DNA from: a candidate division FCPU426 bacterium | GTDB lineage: Bacteria > Oederibacteriota > Muellerivitia > Muellerivitales > Muellerivitaceae | NCBI GenBank assembly: GCA_963719085.1 | Contig: CAVRAL010000001.1 | Span: forward strand, 1 to 64,000 | DNA length: 64,000 bases | Direction: 5' to 3' | Part shown: positions 19,098-31,381 of the stretch, piece after piece | Position numbering within the stretch: position 1 is the first letter of the stretch | Layout of the letters: the number at the start of each line of letters is the position of its first letter | Notes under the pieces: model-generated | Database searches by the model: none | Seen by the model: the letters and a program-made list of their open reading frames with translations, nothing else | Told to the model about the DNA's origin: nothing | Position numbers and translations under genes: made by a program

Positions 19098-20843
19098 GTG
19101 AAAAAGTTCAACGCGGCAAGGCAACTGAAGGCTTTCGATCTGGCCCTGTTCATCCTCTCGTTAACCGGATTTGAGTACTTCGGCATGAAGACGGCCAGCG
19201 GGTTTATAGGGCTTCCCGTTTCGCTTACCGCCGTAGGGGAGGGTTGGCTGGGTCTTTGGGTTTTGTTGGCGGCTTTGGAAGTCATTCTGGCTTGGGCCGT
19301 GGGGGGCGGGGAAAAGAAACTTTTTTCCACCGCCTTCGGCTTGACCCACGCGCCTTGGATCCTGGGTTTCGCGCTTCCTTTTTTCTTAAAAGTCCACTTG
19401 CCCGATCCTCATGATTTCGCTTGGCGGAAAATTCAAATTTTGTTCGGCCTGATGTGGGTTTCCCACCTTTTTCTTTATTCGGGCTGGCTGCTTTGGAAAA
19501 GCCGCAAATTGTCCCGCAAAGTCTCGGCCACTTTTTTAACCGTCGCCCTTTTTCTTTTTTCCGGACTGACACTTTGGACCACCCAATGCGATACCAGCGG
19601 GGATGAGCCCCATTACCTTTTAATGGCTTATAGTTTGACCCATGACGGAGACTTGGACCTGGCCAACAACTATCAAAATCAAGATTACCGGGCCTTTTAC
19701 CAAAGAGGGGTTTTGGAACCCCAGGGGCTTGAGCACATCGAGAATGGGAAAGATTACAGCCATCATCCCCTCGGGCCGGTCTTGGCCATCTTGCCGGGTT
19801 TTCTTTTGGCCGGGCGTTTGGGCGCCGCCCTGACGATCGCGGTTTTAGCGGCCCTGGCCCTTTTTCTTACCTTGAAAGTGTTGGAAGAAACGGGCGCGCT
19901 TCATCCGCCGCTTCAATGGGTAGGGGTGGCGGGGCTCTATGGCAGTCCGCTGCTTCTTTTTTCCGGGCTGATTTTTCCCGAGGTTCCCACGGCTTGTTTG
20001 GTGGCCGCGGGACTTTACCTTTTTATCCGCGGGCGCTGGGCGGGTTTGGGCTTTTGCGTGGGACTTTTACTTTGGATGCACAACCGCAATGATCTTTTGG
20101 TTTTACCGGCCTTAGGCTTGGCGGTTCTGGCCCTTTGGCGGCTTAAGAAAAAAAGAACAGTTTCGGCCTTGGGATTCGCCGCCGGGTTCTTGGCGCCGGT
20201 GGCCGCATTGGCCTTTTATTTCCACTGGATTTACGGCGTTTGGACCCCTTTGGGAGCGCATAACGAATCCTTTTTTTCTTTGTTCCCCTGGGGCCGTTTT
20301 TTTATCGGTTTTTTCGGGTTGTCACTCGACCAAGAATGCGGCCTTTGGTTTCATTTTCCCGTTTTCGCGCTGGTCGTGGGCGGGATTTGGTTGACGGTGA
20401 GATCCAAGAGCCCGCTCAAAGTCGGCGTTCCGGTTTTGTTTCTGTTTTATTATTTCGCCATGTCTTTTTACGAGAATATCGGGGAAACACCCGCTACCCG
20501 GTTTATGGTGGGAGTCACCCCGCTTCTTTTGATTTTGATCTATCCCGTCATGGCGAGGGCCTTGAAGAGGGAATATTGGAACTACGGAGTCGTGTTTCTG
20601 GCCGCCGTGGGCGGCGCGGTCAATTGGATTTTGGCGGCCGTGCCTTGGATGCGTTATAACAAGTTGGAGGGGGAGAATTGGATTTTAAAGATCCTCGGCG
20701 GCACGCTCCATCTGCCGCTGACCCATTGGGAACCGAGTTTTAATCTTTCGCCGGTCGAACCCCGAAGCTATATATTGAGTGTCTTCTGGATGGCCGTGAC
20801 GGCCGCGTTGACCCTATTATTTTTAAAAAAGAAATCTCATTAA
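19098..20843 (+). CDS. Polytopic membrane protein, GT-C-like (ArnT/PMT-like) glycosyltransferase
   Basis: Many TM helices; GDEPHYLLMAYSL..DGDLDL loop with a DE motif. Confidence 0.65.
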   Translation: MKKFNAARQLKAFDLALFILSLTGFEYFGMKTASGFIGLPVSLTAVGEGWLGLWVLLAALEVILAWAVGGGEKKLFSTAFGLTHAPWILGFALPFFLKVHLPDPHDFAWRKIQILFGLMWVSHLFLYSGWLLWKSRKLSRKVSATFLTVALFLFSGLTLWTTQCDTSGDEPHYLLMAYSLTHDGDLDLANNYQNQDYRAFYQRGVLEPQGLEHIENGKDYSHHPLGPVLAILPGFLLAGRLGAALTIAVLAALALFLTLKVLEETGALHPPLQWVGVAGLYGSPLLLFSGLIFPEVPTACLVAAGLYLFIRGRWAGLGFCVGLLLWMHNRNDLLVLPALGLAVLALWRLKKKRTVSALGFAAGFLAPVAALAFYFHWIYGVWTPLGAHNESFFSLFPWGRFFIGFFGLSLDQECGLWFHFPVFALVVGGIWLTVRSKSPLKVGVPVLFLFYYFAMSFYENIGETPATRFMVGVTPLLLILIYPVMARALKREYWNYGVVFLAAVGGAVNWILAAVPWMRYNKLEGENWILKILGGTLHLPLTHWEPSFNLSPVEPRSYILSVFWMAVTAALTLLFLKKKSH

Positions 20844-20957
20844 CAATGATGGACGCGGATAAACGAAGATTTGATAAAAGACAATAAGCTGGATAAATTT
20901 TTATTTGGACTTTGATGTTTCGTTTTTTTGATCCGCGTTCATCTGTGTTCATCATTG
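20844..20957. repeat. Small element bounded by imperfect inverted repeats built from 10-bp units
   Basis: Left CAATGATGGACGCGGATAAACGAAGAT; reverse complement of right end CAATGATGAACACAGATGAACGCGGAT; AT-rich core. Confidence 0.6.
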
Positions 20958-20997
20958 CTAATTGCCTTTGTTTGATTGTAGTGAAAGGACTGATTCA

Positions 20998-22236
20998 TTG
21001 AACCTGTTGATCCTCACGCCTTTGGTGCCGGCCCCGCCCCATGATGGCGACAAATTGCGGCTTTATTATTTCCTGAAAGAACTTAACAGACAGGGGCATC
21101 AGATTGATCTTTTTTGTCTGACCCGGGTCAAATCCGATTTGGCCCAAGCCGAGTCGCTTCGACCCCTTTGCCGCAAAATCTATCTGGAACACTTAAGCGG
21201 CATTGACCTTTTTTTTAACCTGGTGGGCGGCACCTTGCTGGGACAATCCTTAAATGTAGCCAGTCATTTCTCGCCCAAGCTTCGGGACGCTTTGCGGGCC
21301 TATTGGAAAAGCGGCGCGGGCCGGTCCGTGGACGCGGTATTGGCCCATCGGCTTCGCATGGCCCCGATGGCCTTTGAGGCGAATCCCGGCGTGCCGGTCA
21401 TTTTAGAATTAACCGATTGTTTAACGGCCTATACCCAGCGGCTCAAAGGATTGGCGGGGGCCCGTTGGCCGGCCCGGCTATTGGCCCGATGGGACCACTT
21501 ATTTTTGAAACGCGAGGAAGTGGATTGGGGGAATCGCGCGTCGGCCGCCCTGGTCATATCCCAACGGGACGCGGAGGCTTTAGTTTCGCTCGGAGTCTCG
21601 CCTGAAAAAGTTCAAGTGGTCCCCAACGGACTCACCGCAGACCCGATTTCGAACAATAAGAAAAGGCCGGACCTTTATCCGGCGGGACGGCCGGTGGTTT
21701 GCTTCGCCGGAAACATGGGTTACTTTCCGAACGAGGATGGCATCCTTTGGTTCCATCGAAAAGTTTGGCCCCTGGTGAAACAAAGCGTTCCCGGCGCCCT
21801 TTTGGCCGCCGTGGGAGGCCGGCCCCACGCCCGATTGAAAAGCCGCGCGAAGGCGGGGGAGTTTATCGTGACCGGTTGGGTTTCGCGGATAGAGCCCTAT
21901 GTGGCATCCGCCGCGCTCACTGTCGCGCCCTTGCGGGTGGCCGCCGGCATGCAAAACAAAGTGGCGTTATCCTTGGGATTGGGGGTGCCGGTGGTGGCCA
22001 CTTCGGCCGCGGCGGGTTGGCTGGAGGCTAAAGGCCGGGCCTTTTTATCCGTGGCGGATGACCCGGAGGGGATGGCTCAAGCCGTGATTCAAATCCTTCA
22101 AAATCCCAGGCCCGCGAAGGCCAAAGCCCTGCGGGGAAAAGCTTATATCCTAAAAAATTACACTTGGTCCCTCGCGGGGCGCAAAATGGGCCGGATTTTG
22201 AAACAGGTGGCTGGGCAGCGCAAAACTAGCTCTTAA
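20998..22236 (+). CDS. Glycosyltransferase family 4 (sugar transferase)
   Basis: PPHDGDKLR, FAGNMGYFPNEDG, VAPLRVAAGMQNKV; AAGGA RBS before TTG 20998. Confidence 0.85.
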   Translation: MNLLILTPLVPAPPHDGDKLRLYYFLKELNRQGHQIDLFCLTRVKSDLAQAESLRPLCRKIYLEHLSGIDLFFNLVGGTLLGQSLNVASHFSPKLRDALRAYWKSGAGRSVDAVLAHRLRMAPMAFEANPGVPVILELTDCLTAYTQRLKGLAGARWPARLLARWDHLFLKREEVDWGNRASAALVISQRDAEALVSLGVSPEKVQVVPNGLTADPISNNKKRPDLYPAGRPVVCFAGNMGYFPNEDGILWFHRKVWPLVKQSVPGALLAAVGGRPHARLKSRAKAGEFIVTGWVSRIEPYVASAALTVAPLRVAAGMQNKVALSLGLGVPVVATSAAAGWLEAKGRAFLSVADDPEGMAQAVIQILQNPRPAKAKALRGKAYILKNYTWSLAGRKMGRILKQVAGQRKTSS

Positions 22237-22247
22237 AAGGTCCTTTC

Positions 22248-24146
22248 ATGTGCGGCATCGCGGGGTTCACCCAATTTAAAGCCGGGCTCGCTTATAAAAG
22301 CCGGGACCTGGATTCCATGGTCGAGACCCTCAAACACCGGGGGCCGGACGATACGGGTTTTTATTTCAAGCGCTTTACCGGGCTTGGCATGAGCCGCCTG
22401 GCCATCGTTGATTTGACGGGCGGCGCCCAGCCCATCTCCAACGAGCGGGGCACGGTTTGGGTCGTATCCAATGGTGAGATTTATAACCACCTGGAACTTC
22501 GAAAAGCACTGGAAGCCGGGGGCCATCATTTTCGCAGCCATTCGGATACCGAAGTCCTCGTCCACGCTTATGAGGAATATGGCGACGCTTTTGTCGGCCA
22601 ATTGCGCGGCATGTTCGCTTTCGCCCTTTGGGATGAGACCTTCCAAAAACTTTTAATCGCCCGGGATCATGTCGGTGTGAAGCCGCTTTATTACACCACG
22701 GCCAACGGGTCTCTTTTATTCGCCTCGGAGATCAAGGCGCTTTTGGAAGCGCCGGGCGTGGAGGCCAAGGCCGACAACCGGCAGGTCCTTTCGCTGATGA
22801 CGCTTCAGTATGTGCCGACGCCGGACACGCTGTTTAAGGGAATTCGAAAACTGCCCGCGGGGCATACGCTCATCTGCCAAAGCGGAAAAATCTCAATCAA
22901 ACCTTATTGGCAGTTGCCTCCACGCCCCGCGGACGCTCCGGGATTGGAAAAGGTCAGCGCCGCGCAGGAAAAAGAATGGGTGGAGCGGCTCCGCTACTTA
23001 TTTTCCGCCAGCGTGAAGGACCAGCTGATGGCGGACGTGCCGGTGGGCGCTTTTCTTTCCGGCGGACTTGACTCCTCGCTCGTGGTGGCGTCCATGACGC
23101 ATCAAACCCATCAAAGGGTCCGTACCTATTCGGTAGGATTCGACAACCAAAAAGATTTTAACGAACTTAAACACGCGCAAAAAGTTTCGGTCTATCTCAA
23201 AAGCCAGCACCGCGAAATTATGGTGGATGCCCGCATGCTGCTGGATCTTATTCCCCGGCTGGTGAAATATCAGGATGATCCCGTAATTGACCCCGCGGCG
23301 CTTCCGACTTTCGTCGTGTCGCTTTTCGCGCGCCAGGAAGTGAAGGTGGTTTTGACGGGTGAAGGGGCTGACGAGATGTTCGGCGGTTACCGCCGATACG
23401 CGTTTGACCAAATGTCGTCCAAGGTCAGGGCTTTGCCGGGCTGGATCCGGAACAAAATTTTGCCCGCCTTCAAAGGCCGGGCCGGGCAGGCTTTGGACGC
23501 GCTCCAAAAAGACGACCTGCTCAAACGCCATATGGCCTGGTCCCGGCTTTGCCGGGAAAGCACCTTGGCGGATTTGGCCGGTGAAAAATTAAAGTACGAG
23601 ATGGAGCACACCAATCTCGATGAGATTTTTGAACGGCTTTATGAAGGGGCGCAAACCTATGGTTTTGATTCGTTGAATATGATGCTGTATCTGGATCTTA
23701 AAACTTGGCTGCCGGATGACCTTTTGAATAAGGTGGACCGCATGAGCATGGCGGCTTCTTTGGAAGCCCGGGTGCCTTACCTGGATCATCGGCTGGTGGA
23801 GTTCGCTTTTTCCCTGCCCTCGTCCATGAAACTGAAGGGCGGTGAGGGAAAGTACCTTTTAAAGAAGGCGGCTCAAAAATACCTGCCCAAGGCGATTGTT
23901 TATCGAAAGAAGCAGGGCTTTGGAGTGCCCCTGGGGCCTTGGTTTAAAAATGAGCTCAAGCCTCTTTTAATGGATACTTTGAACTCCGAGCGGTTTAAGA
24001 AGCGGGGCTTGTTTGACCTGGGCGCCACGAACCGCTTGATCGCCGAGCATATGGAAGGAAAACAAGACCACCACCTTCTACTTTACGGCATCCTTCTATT
24101 GGAGCTTTGGCACCGGCGTTATATTGACGGATTAGACGAAGGCTAG
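22248..24146 (+). CDS. asnB: Asparagine synthase (glutamine-hydrolysing) family amidotransferase
   Basis: MCGIAG, HRGPD, NGEIYN, LSGGLDSS, GEGADE, DRMSMAASLEARVP. Confidence 0.95.
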   Translation: MCGIAGFTQFKAGLAYKSRDLDSMVETLKHRGPDDTGFYFKRFTGLGMSRLAIVDLTGGAQPISNERGTVWVVSNGEIYNHLELRKALEAGGHHFRSHSDTEVLVHAYEEYGDAFVGQLRGMFAFALWDETFQKLLIARDHVGVKPLYYTTANGSLLFASEIKALLEAPGVEAKADNRQVLSLMTLQYVPTPDTLFKGIRKLPAGHTLICQSGKISIKPYWQLPPRPADAPGLEKVSAAQEKEWVERLRYLFSASVKDQLMADVPVGAFLSGGLDSSLVVASMTHQTHQRVRTYSVGFDNQKDFNELKHAQKVSVYLKSQHREIMVDARMLLDLIPRLVKYQDDPVIDPAALPTFVVSLFARQEVKVVLTGEGADEMFGGYRRYAFDQMSSKVRALPGWIRNKILPAFKGRAGQALDALQKDDLLKRHMAWSRLCRESTLADLAGEKLKYEMEHTNLDEIFERLYEGAQTYGFDSLNMMLYLDLKTWLPDDLLNKVDRMSMAASLEARVPYLDHRLVEFAFSLPSSMKLKGGEGKYLLKKAAQKYLPKAIVYRKKQGFGVPLGPWFKNELKPLLMDTLNSERFKKRGLFDLGATNRLIAEHMEGKQDHHLLLYGILLLELWHRRYIDGLDEG

Positions 24147-24493
24147 GCGCCGGAATCCTTTCGGGCCTAGAAAGAGAGCTTCAATCCTCTTCGAGGCTTA
24201 CACCAAGTTGACCCATCCCTAAATAACCTTTTCAAAAGCCCTTATTCTAGGCCACTATTCTTATGGGCCTGGTACCTATCTCCGTCCTTAATCCCCAAAG
24301 GGGATTGCCAAATTTGAGTAGGATTCGTTACCTGGTTTAAGCCCCCATTTTTCGATTTAGTTGTTTGGCCAGACTCGATTTGACGGATAGGTTTAAATCG
24401 ATTAAAATGCGCATCCTTTTTGTGATTTTCACATTTAACTATAGAACTCGACAAAAAAGTGACGTTTTTAGCCAATTCCAAGGAGTTTTTTGA

Positions 24494-25051
24494 ATGATTA
24501 GTGTCAACGACCTTCGGGCCGGCAACCTCTGTGAGTTTGAGGGGATCCTTTACCGAGTCACCAACTACCAGCATGTCAAACCAGGTAAGGGCGGCGGATT
24601 TGTCCGCTTGAAGTTGAAAAATGTCGAGTTGGGAACGGTCACGGATAAGACCTTGGATAGCTGGGAAAAGGTTCCCGAGCCTCCGGTGGAAGAAAAGGAA
24701 ATGCAGTACCTCTATAAACAAGGTGAAAAATTCGTGTTTATGGATACGGAAACCTACGAGCAGTTGGAATTAACCGAGGAAGAGGTCGGCGAAGGGGCTC
24801 AATGGCTGAAAGAAGAAATGGCCATCGAGATTCTCTTTTATAAAGAACGTCCCATTAGCGTGAAGCTGCCGATCACGGTCAACCTGAAAGTGGTGACGTC
24901 CGATCCGGGCATCAAGGGCGACCGGGTATCCGGCGCCAGCAAGCCGGCGATTTTAGAAAGTGGGGCCAGCATCCAGGTACCACTGTTTATCAAAGAAGGT
25001 GATGTTTTGAAGATCGATACCCGCACCGGTGAGTATCTCGAGCGGGTATAA
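24494..25051 (+). CDS. efp: Elongation factor P
   Basis: HVKPGKG, PGIKGD, VPLFI..GD..IDTRTGEY. Confidence 0.97.
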   Translation: MISVNDLRAGNLCEFEGILYRVTNYQHVKPGKGGGFVRLKLKNVELGTVTDKTLDSWEKVPEPPVEEKEMQYLYKQGEKFVFMDTETYEQLELTEEEVGEGAQWLKEEMAIEILFYKERPISVKLPITVNLKVVTSDPGIKGDRVSGASKPAILESGASIQVPLFIKEGDVLKIDTRTGEYLERV

Positions 25052-25098
25052 GCCACACCCGTATCCTGCCGTGTTATTAGGAAGCCAAAGGAGACCCG

Positions 25099-25644
25099 AT
25101 GACGAATCCTGAGAAGATTGAAAAAAAGAAAAAGAATCCAGCCCTTCCCAAGGTGAAGGTCAGCCCGAAATTGGCGCTGGTGCAGGATGCCCTAAAGCTG
25201 ATGGAAGAATCCCAAGTCAGCGAACTCATGTTCGAGCAAGGCGACACCAAGATTCACTTGCGCAAAGGATCAGGAGCTCCTTTTGATTCGTTCGCCCCGG
25301 CGCCCACGGTCCGGAGCGTTTCGCTGCCCGCGCCTTCGGCCGCGGCCGCGCCGGTTTCGTCCGCCGCTCCCGCCGGCGCGCCGGCGCCCGCAGCCGCCGA
25401 CACGACCCACACCATTACGGCCCCTATGGTGGGCACCTTTTACCGCTCGCCCTCGCCGGACGCCAAAGCTTTCATTGAGGAAGGCGCCAAGATTGAGGTG
25501 GGCCAGGTTTATTGCATCATTGAGGCCATGAAGCTCATGAACGAAGTGAAGTCCGAAGTGAAGGGGAAAGTCGTCAAGATATTGGTGGCCAACGGGCAAG
25601 CCGTCGAGTTCGGGCAGCCGCTGCTGGTGATCGATCCCTCATAA
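25099..25644 (+). CDS. accB: Acetyl-CoA carboxylase biotin carboxyl carrier protein
   Basis: APMVGTFY, EAMKLMNE biotinylation motif, Ala/Pro linker. Confidence 0.95.
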   Translation: MTNPEKIEKKKKNPALPKVKVSPKLALVQDALKLMEESQVSELMFEQGDTKIHLRKGSGAPFDSFAPAPTVRSVSLPAPSAAAAPVSSAAPAGAPAPAAADTTHTITAPMVGTFYRSPSPDAKAFIEEGAKIEVGQVYCIIEAMKLMNEVKSEVKGKVVKILVANGQAVEFGQPLLVIDPS

Positions 25645-25753
25645 ACCGGAGACTTTTAAATTTTTTTCGGCGCGAACGAGCCGCTGAGAAAATAATGACC
25701 GCATCAGTCGTGGCTCGTTCGCATGTGTAAACGTCCTTTTAGAAAAGGCCATC

Positions 25754-27136
25754 GTGTTCAATAAAATTCTCATCGCTAACCGGGGTGAAATCGCCCTGCG
25801 CATCATCCGAGCCTGCAAAGAATTAGGGGTGAAGACCGTCGCCGTGCATTCGACCGCCGACGCCGATTCCCTGCACGTGCATTTGGCCGACGAGAGCGTT
25901 TGCATCGGCAAACCCTCGGGCAAAGAAAGCTATCTCAATATTCCCGCCATCATCAGCGCGGCGGAAATTACCGACGCGGAAGCCATCCATCCGGGTTACG
26001 GCTTTTTGGCCGAGAACCCCCACTTCGCCGAAGTTTGCTCCAGCTGCCAAATTAAATTTATCGGCCCCAAGCCCGAAGTGATGCGGCTCATGGGGGATAA
26101 GGTCATGGCGATCAAGACCGCCCAAAAGGCCAAGGTTCCCACCACGCCCGGAAGCAACGGACCCGTCAAGGACGAGGCCCACGCTTTGGAGGTGGCCAAG
26201 CGCATCAAATATCCCGTCATCATCAAAGCTTCGGCCGGCGGCGGCGGCAAAGGCATGCGCATCGCCCATACGGATATTTCCTTAAGCCAGGCTTTTCAAA
26301 CCGCGCGGGCGGAAGCCGAGGCGGCCTTTGGAAATCCCGAGGTTTATATTGAGAAATTCGTGGAAGATCCCCGTCATATCGAAGTGCAGATTTTGGCCGA
26401 TGAATACGGCCATGTGGTCCATATGGGTGAGCGGGATTGCACCATCCAGCGCTCGCACCAAAAACTGATTGAGGAATCGCCCTCGCCGGTGATGAACCGC
26501 AAACAGCGCAAACTGATCGGGAAGTACGCCCTCAAGCTGGCCAAAGAAGTGAACTACACCTCCGCCGGGACGATTGAGTTTCTCATGAACAAGGACGGCG
26601 AGTTTTATTTCATGGAAATGAACACCCGCATCCAAGTCGAGCATCCGGTGACCGAAATGGTCATGGGTGTGGATATTATTAAAGAACAAATCAAGATCGC
26701 GGCCGGGGAGAGGCTTTCCATCTCGAAGTCAATTATGGAACCCCGCGGCCACGCCATTGAGTGCCGCATCAACGCGGAAAATCCGGATGATAACTTTAGG
26801 CCCTCGCCGGGGACCATCACCACCTATCACGTGCCTGGGGGACCCGGCATCCGCATGGACACCCATCTATTCCAGGGCTACAAGGTTCCGCCCTATTACG
26901 ACTCTCTTTTAGCGAAAGTCATTGCTCACGGCCCTAACCGGCTGGAGGCGATCAAGCGCATGATCCGCGCCTTGGACGAACTGGTGGTGGAAGGGGTCTA
27001 TACGACGGCTCCTTTCTTGAAACGAATCCTGCAAAGCGAAACCTTCCGCAGCGGGAAATACTCCACCCAATTTATCGAAAAACACATGCAAGGGAACAAG
27101 AACAAGGATGACGCCAAATCAAAGGATAAATCCTAA
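25754..27136 (+). CDS. accC: Acetyl-CoA carboxylase biotin carboxylase
   Basis: [39 protein letters not shown]. Confidence 0.97.
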   Translation: MFNKILIANRGEIALRIIRACKELGVKTVAVHSTADADSLHVHLADESVCIGKPSGKESYLNIPAIISAAEITDAEAIHPGYGFLAENPHFAEVCSSCQIKFIGPKPEVMRLMGDKVMAIKTAQKAKVPTTPGSNGPVKDEAHALEVAKRIKYPVIIKASAGGGGKGMRIAHTDISLSQAFQTARAEAEAAFGNPEVYIEKFVEDPRHIEVQILADEYGHVVHMGERDCTIQRSHQKLIEESPSPVMNRKQRKLIGKYALKLAKEVNYTSAGTIEFLMNKDGEFYFMEMNTRIQVEHPVTEMVMGVDIIKEQIKIAAGERLSISKSIMEPRGHAIECRINAENPDDNFRPSPGTITTYHVPGGPGIRMDTHLFQGYKVPPYYDSLLAKVIAHGPNRLEAIKRMIRALDELVVEGVYTTAPFLKRILQSETFRSGKYSTQFIEKHMQGNKNKDDAKSKDKS

Positions 27137-27177
27137 GGGAGTCTTGACCCGAGGCGGGTCGCTTCCCATTTTTGAGG

Positions 27178-28218
27178 ATGGAGAAAAAATTGAAAATCAC
27201 GGTTTATTTTAATCCTAAAGCGGTCAAGCCGACGGTCACGCAAAACGCCACGGTGGTATTGGCGGATGTTTTGCGGGCCAGCACGACGGCCTCGACTTAT
27301 TTTTATCACGGCGCCAAGGGCGTCTTTTTCGCGTCCGATCCGGGTGCGGCTAAAAAATATTTTGCCAAGCTCAAGCGCGGCGAAGGGTTGTTGGCGGGCG
27401 AGCGGGACTGGGACAAAATCCCCGGATTCCATTTGGGCGGGTCGCCCTTGGATTCCAGCCGGGACAAGGTCAAGGACCGTGTTGTCTGTGTGAGCACCTC
27501 CTCTTTCGTGGCCGGCAAACCCGTGAAGGGGGCGAAATATTTAATCCTGGGTTCTTTCGTGAATCTGGGAGATGTTTATGATTCCTGCCTTCGCGGCAAC
27601 CGGGACGTGGTGATCGTGACCAGCGGGTCGCCCGAAGACAGCGTCTTCGCCGGGATGTTGGTGGACTTTCTCCAAAGCACGGTCGGCGCCACGCCGATTG
27701 TGCCGGCCGAAAGCGCCAAGGAGGCGGTCGCCCTTTATAAGCCTTGGCAGGGGCGGATCCTCGACTTGCTTCGGGAATCGTCGAAGGGAAAAGAACTGAT
27801 CCGAAAAGGGTTCGGCAAAGATTTGGACTTCAGCGCCCGGGTCAGCCGCGTGTCGGCGGTTGGGTTCCTGCAGGAAGAGCTTTTCCTGAAAGAAAATTCC
27901 CCCAAGCCCAAGCGGCCTTTGGAAGGCGACAACCGCCCCAAGTCGGGCCCGGTGGCCCAAAAGGGAAAATCGATCAAGGTTCAAGTTCCGCTTTTCCCCA
28001 AGAACCCCGAGCATCCGGTTCCGGGCATGGAAAAGAAAAAGAAGGAAGCGGCCGCCGCGCCCGCCGACGTTAAGAAAAAACCTGAGGGCAAAAAGTCCGA
28101 AGGCAAGGAAAGCGCGCCGAAGGCCAAGCGGGCCCCGCGAAAACCCACCGCCATGTTCAGCAAAAAGACCGTCGCTACGGCGGGCGCCGCCCCCGTAATG
28201 ATCAAGAAAAAGGTCTGA
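27178..28218 (+). CDS. 2-phosphosulfolactate phosphatase (ComB)-like protein, divergent, with a Lys/Ala/Pro-rich tail
   Basis: DVLRASTT, LLAGER, GGSP, EDSVFAG, GFGKDL; low-complexity C-terminal ~105 aa. Confidence 0.7.
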   Translation: MEKKLKITVYFNPKAVKPTVTQNATVVLADVLRASTTASTYFYHGAKGVFFASDPGAAKKYFAKLKRGEGLLAGERDWDKIPGFHLGGSPLDSSRDKVKDRVVCVSTSSFVAGKPVKGAKYLILGSFVNLGDVYDSCLRGNRDVVIVTSGSPEDSVFAGMLVDFLQSTVGATPIVPAESAKEAVALYKPWQGRILDLLRESSKGKELIRKGFGKDLDFSARVSRVSAVGFLQEELFLKENSPKPKRPLEGDNRPKSGPVAQKGKSIKVQVPLFPKNPEHPVPGMEKKKKEAAAAPADVKKKPEGKKSEGKESAPKAKRAPRKPTAMFSKKTVATAGAAPVMIKKKV

Positions 28219-28240
28219 TCTTTTTAACGCCGGCGGGTTT

Positions 28241-30590
<2,350 letters not shown>

Positions 30591-30618
30591 GCTAAGGGAA
30601 AAAGTTGCTTAGCGGCAT

Positions 30619-30659
30619 AAAAAAAGCCCCTCCTCTTTCGAGGAAGGGCTTTTTCTTTT
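30619..30659. terminator. Bidirectional intrinsic terminator
   Basis: AAAAAGCCCCTCCTC-TTTC-GAGGAAGGGCTTTTT between thiC and the ferredoxin gene. Confidence 0.8.
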
Positions 30660-30682
30660 AGGCTTTAGGCGAACGAGGCGGC

Positions 30683-30997
30683 TTAGTTGACGAGCTTGTT
30701 TCCCGGCTTCTTCGGGGCGTCGTTGGCCGGACGGGTCGGAACCGCCGGGTTATTCTTGAAGGACGGCGCCAATTCGGCGTTGATTTTTCCGTATTCGGCG
30801 TCCTTATCCGGACCTTCCACGATCGCGCCGATCGGGCAAGCGGAGTAGCAGCTGGTGCATTCCGTGCATTCCTCGGGGTCGATGATCATGAACTTTTCGC
30901 CCTTATAGTCCCCAGGGTGAATGCAATTGACCGGGCAGACGTCCACGCATTGAGCGTAAACTTCACCCAAACATTTTTCGGTAATGACGTACGGCAT
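30683..30997 (-). CDS. Ferredoxin (7Fe, FdxA-like)
   Basis: MPYVITEKC..CVDVCPVNCI..IDPEECTECTSCYSACP. Confidence 0.9.
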   Translation of the reverse strand: MPYVITEKCLGEVYAQCVDVCPVNCIHPGDYKGEKFMIIDPEECTECTSCYSACPIGAIVEGPDKDAEYGKINAELAPSFKNNPAVPTRPANDAPKKPGNKLVN

Positions 30998-31381
30998 GAC
31001 TGCCTCCTTGAAGGTGCTTTCCGCCCGATTGTTTTCGAGAGGAACTGACTTTTCGCCTAAAGCCTTAAAAGCAACGATAGTTTAAGAGACAGAGGCTTTA
31101 TTTCGCAACTCCATTTTTTGTTTTTTGCCTTTTAAATCGCGGCTTTACGCCTCCGGGCTTGGATGGTAGTTTGAGCGTTGTCTGAGTCCTTGTGCTTGCC
31201 TGAGGTGACCTTAATTCCTAATTTGGATTCACGAAAACCCCGGTCCGGAATTTAGGGCATTTACTGGGAAATAACGGTAAAGCCCGGGGGTTTGGCTACC
31301 ATTTTCAGTTTAAAAATGAGAAAGTAATCGCGAAATCAGCCCGAAGCGCCAAGGCGAACGGGCGGCTCGACGAAGGAAACC

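Noticed and set aside
18278..19330. 350-aa minus-strand ORF
   Set aside because: Antisense shadow of clear glycosyltransferase genes, with no recognisable motifs.
24421..24433. TGTGA-TTT-TCACA as a CRP site upstream of efp
   Set aside because: The spacer is 3 nt, not the required 6; an operator for another regulator cannot be supported from sequence alone.
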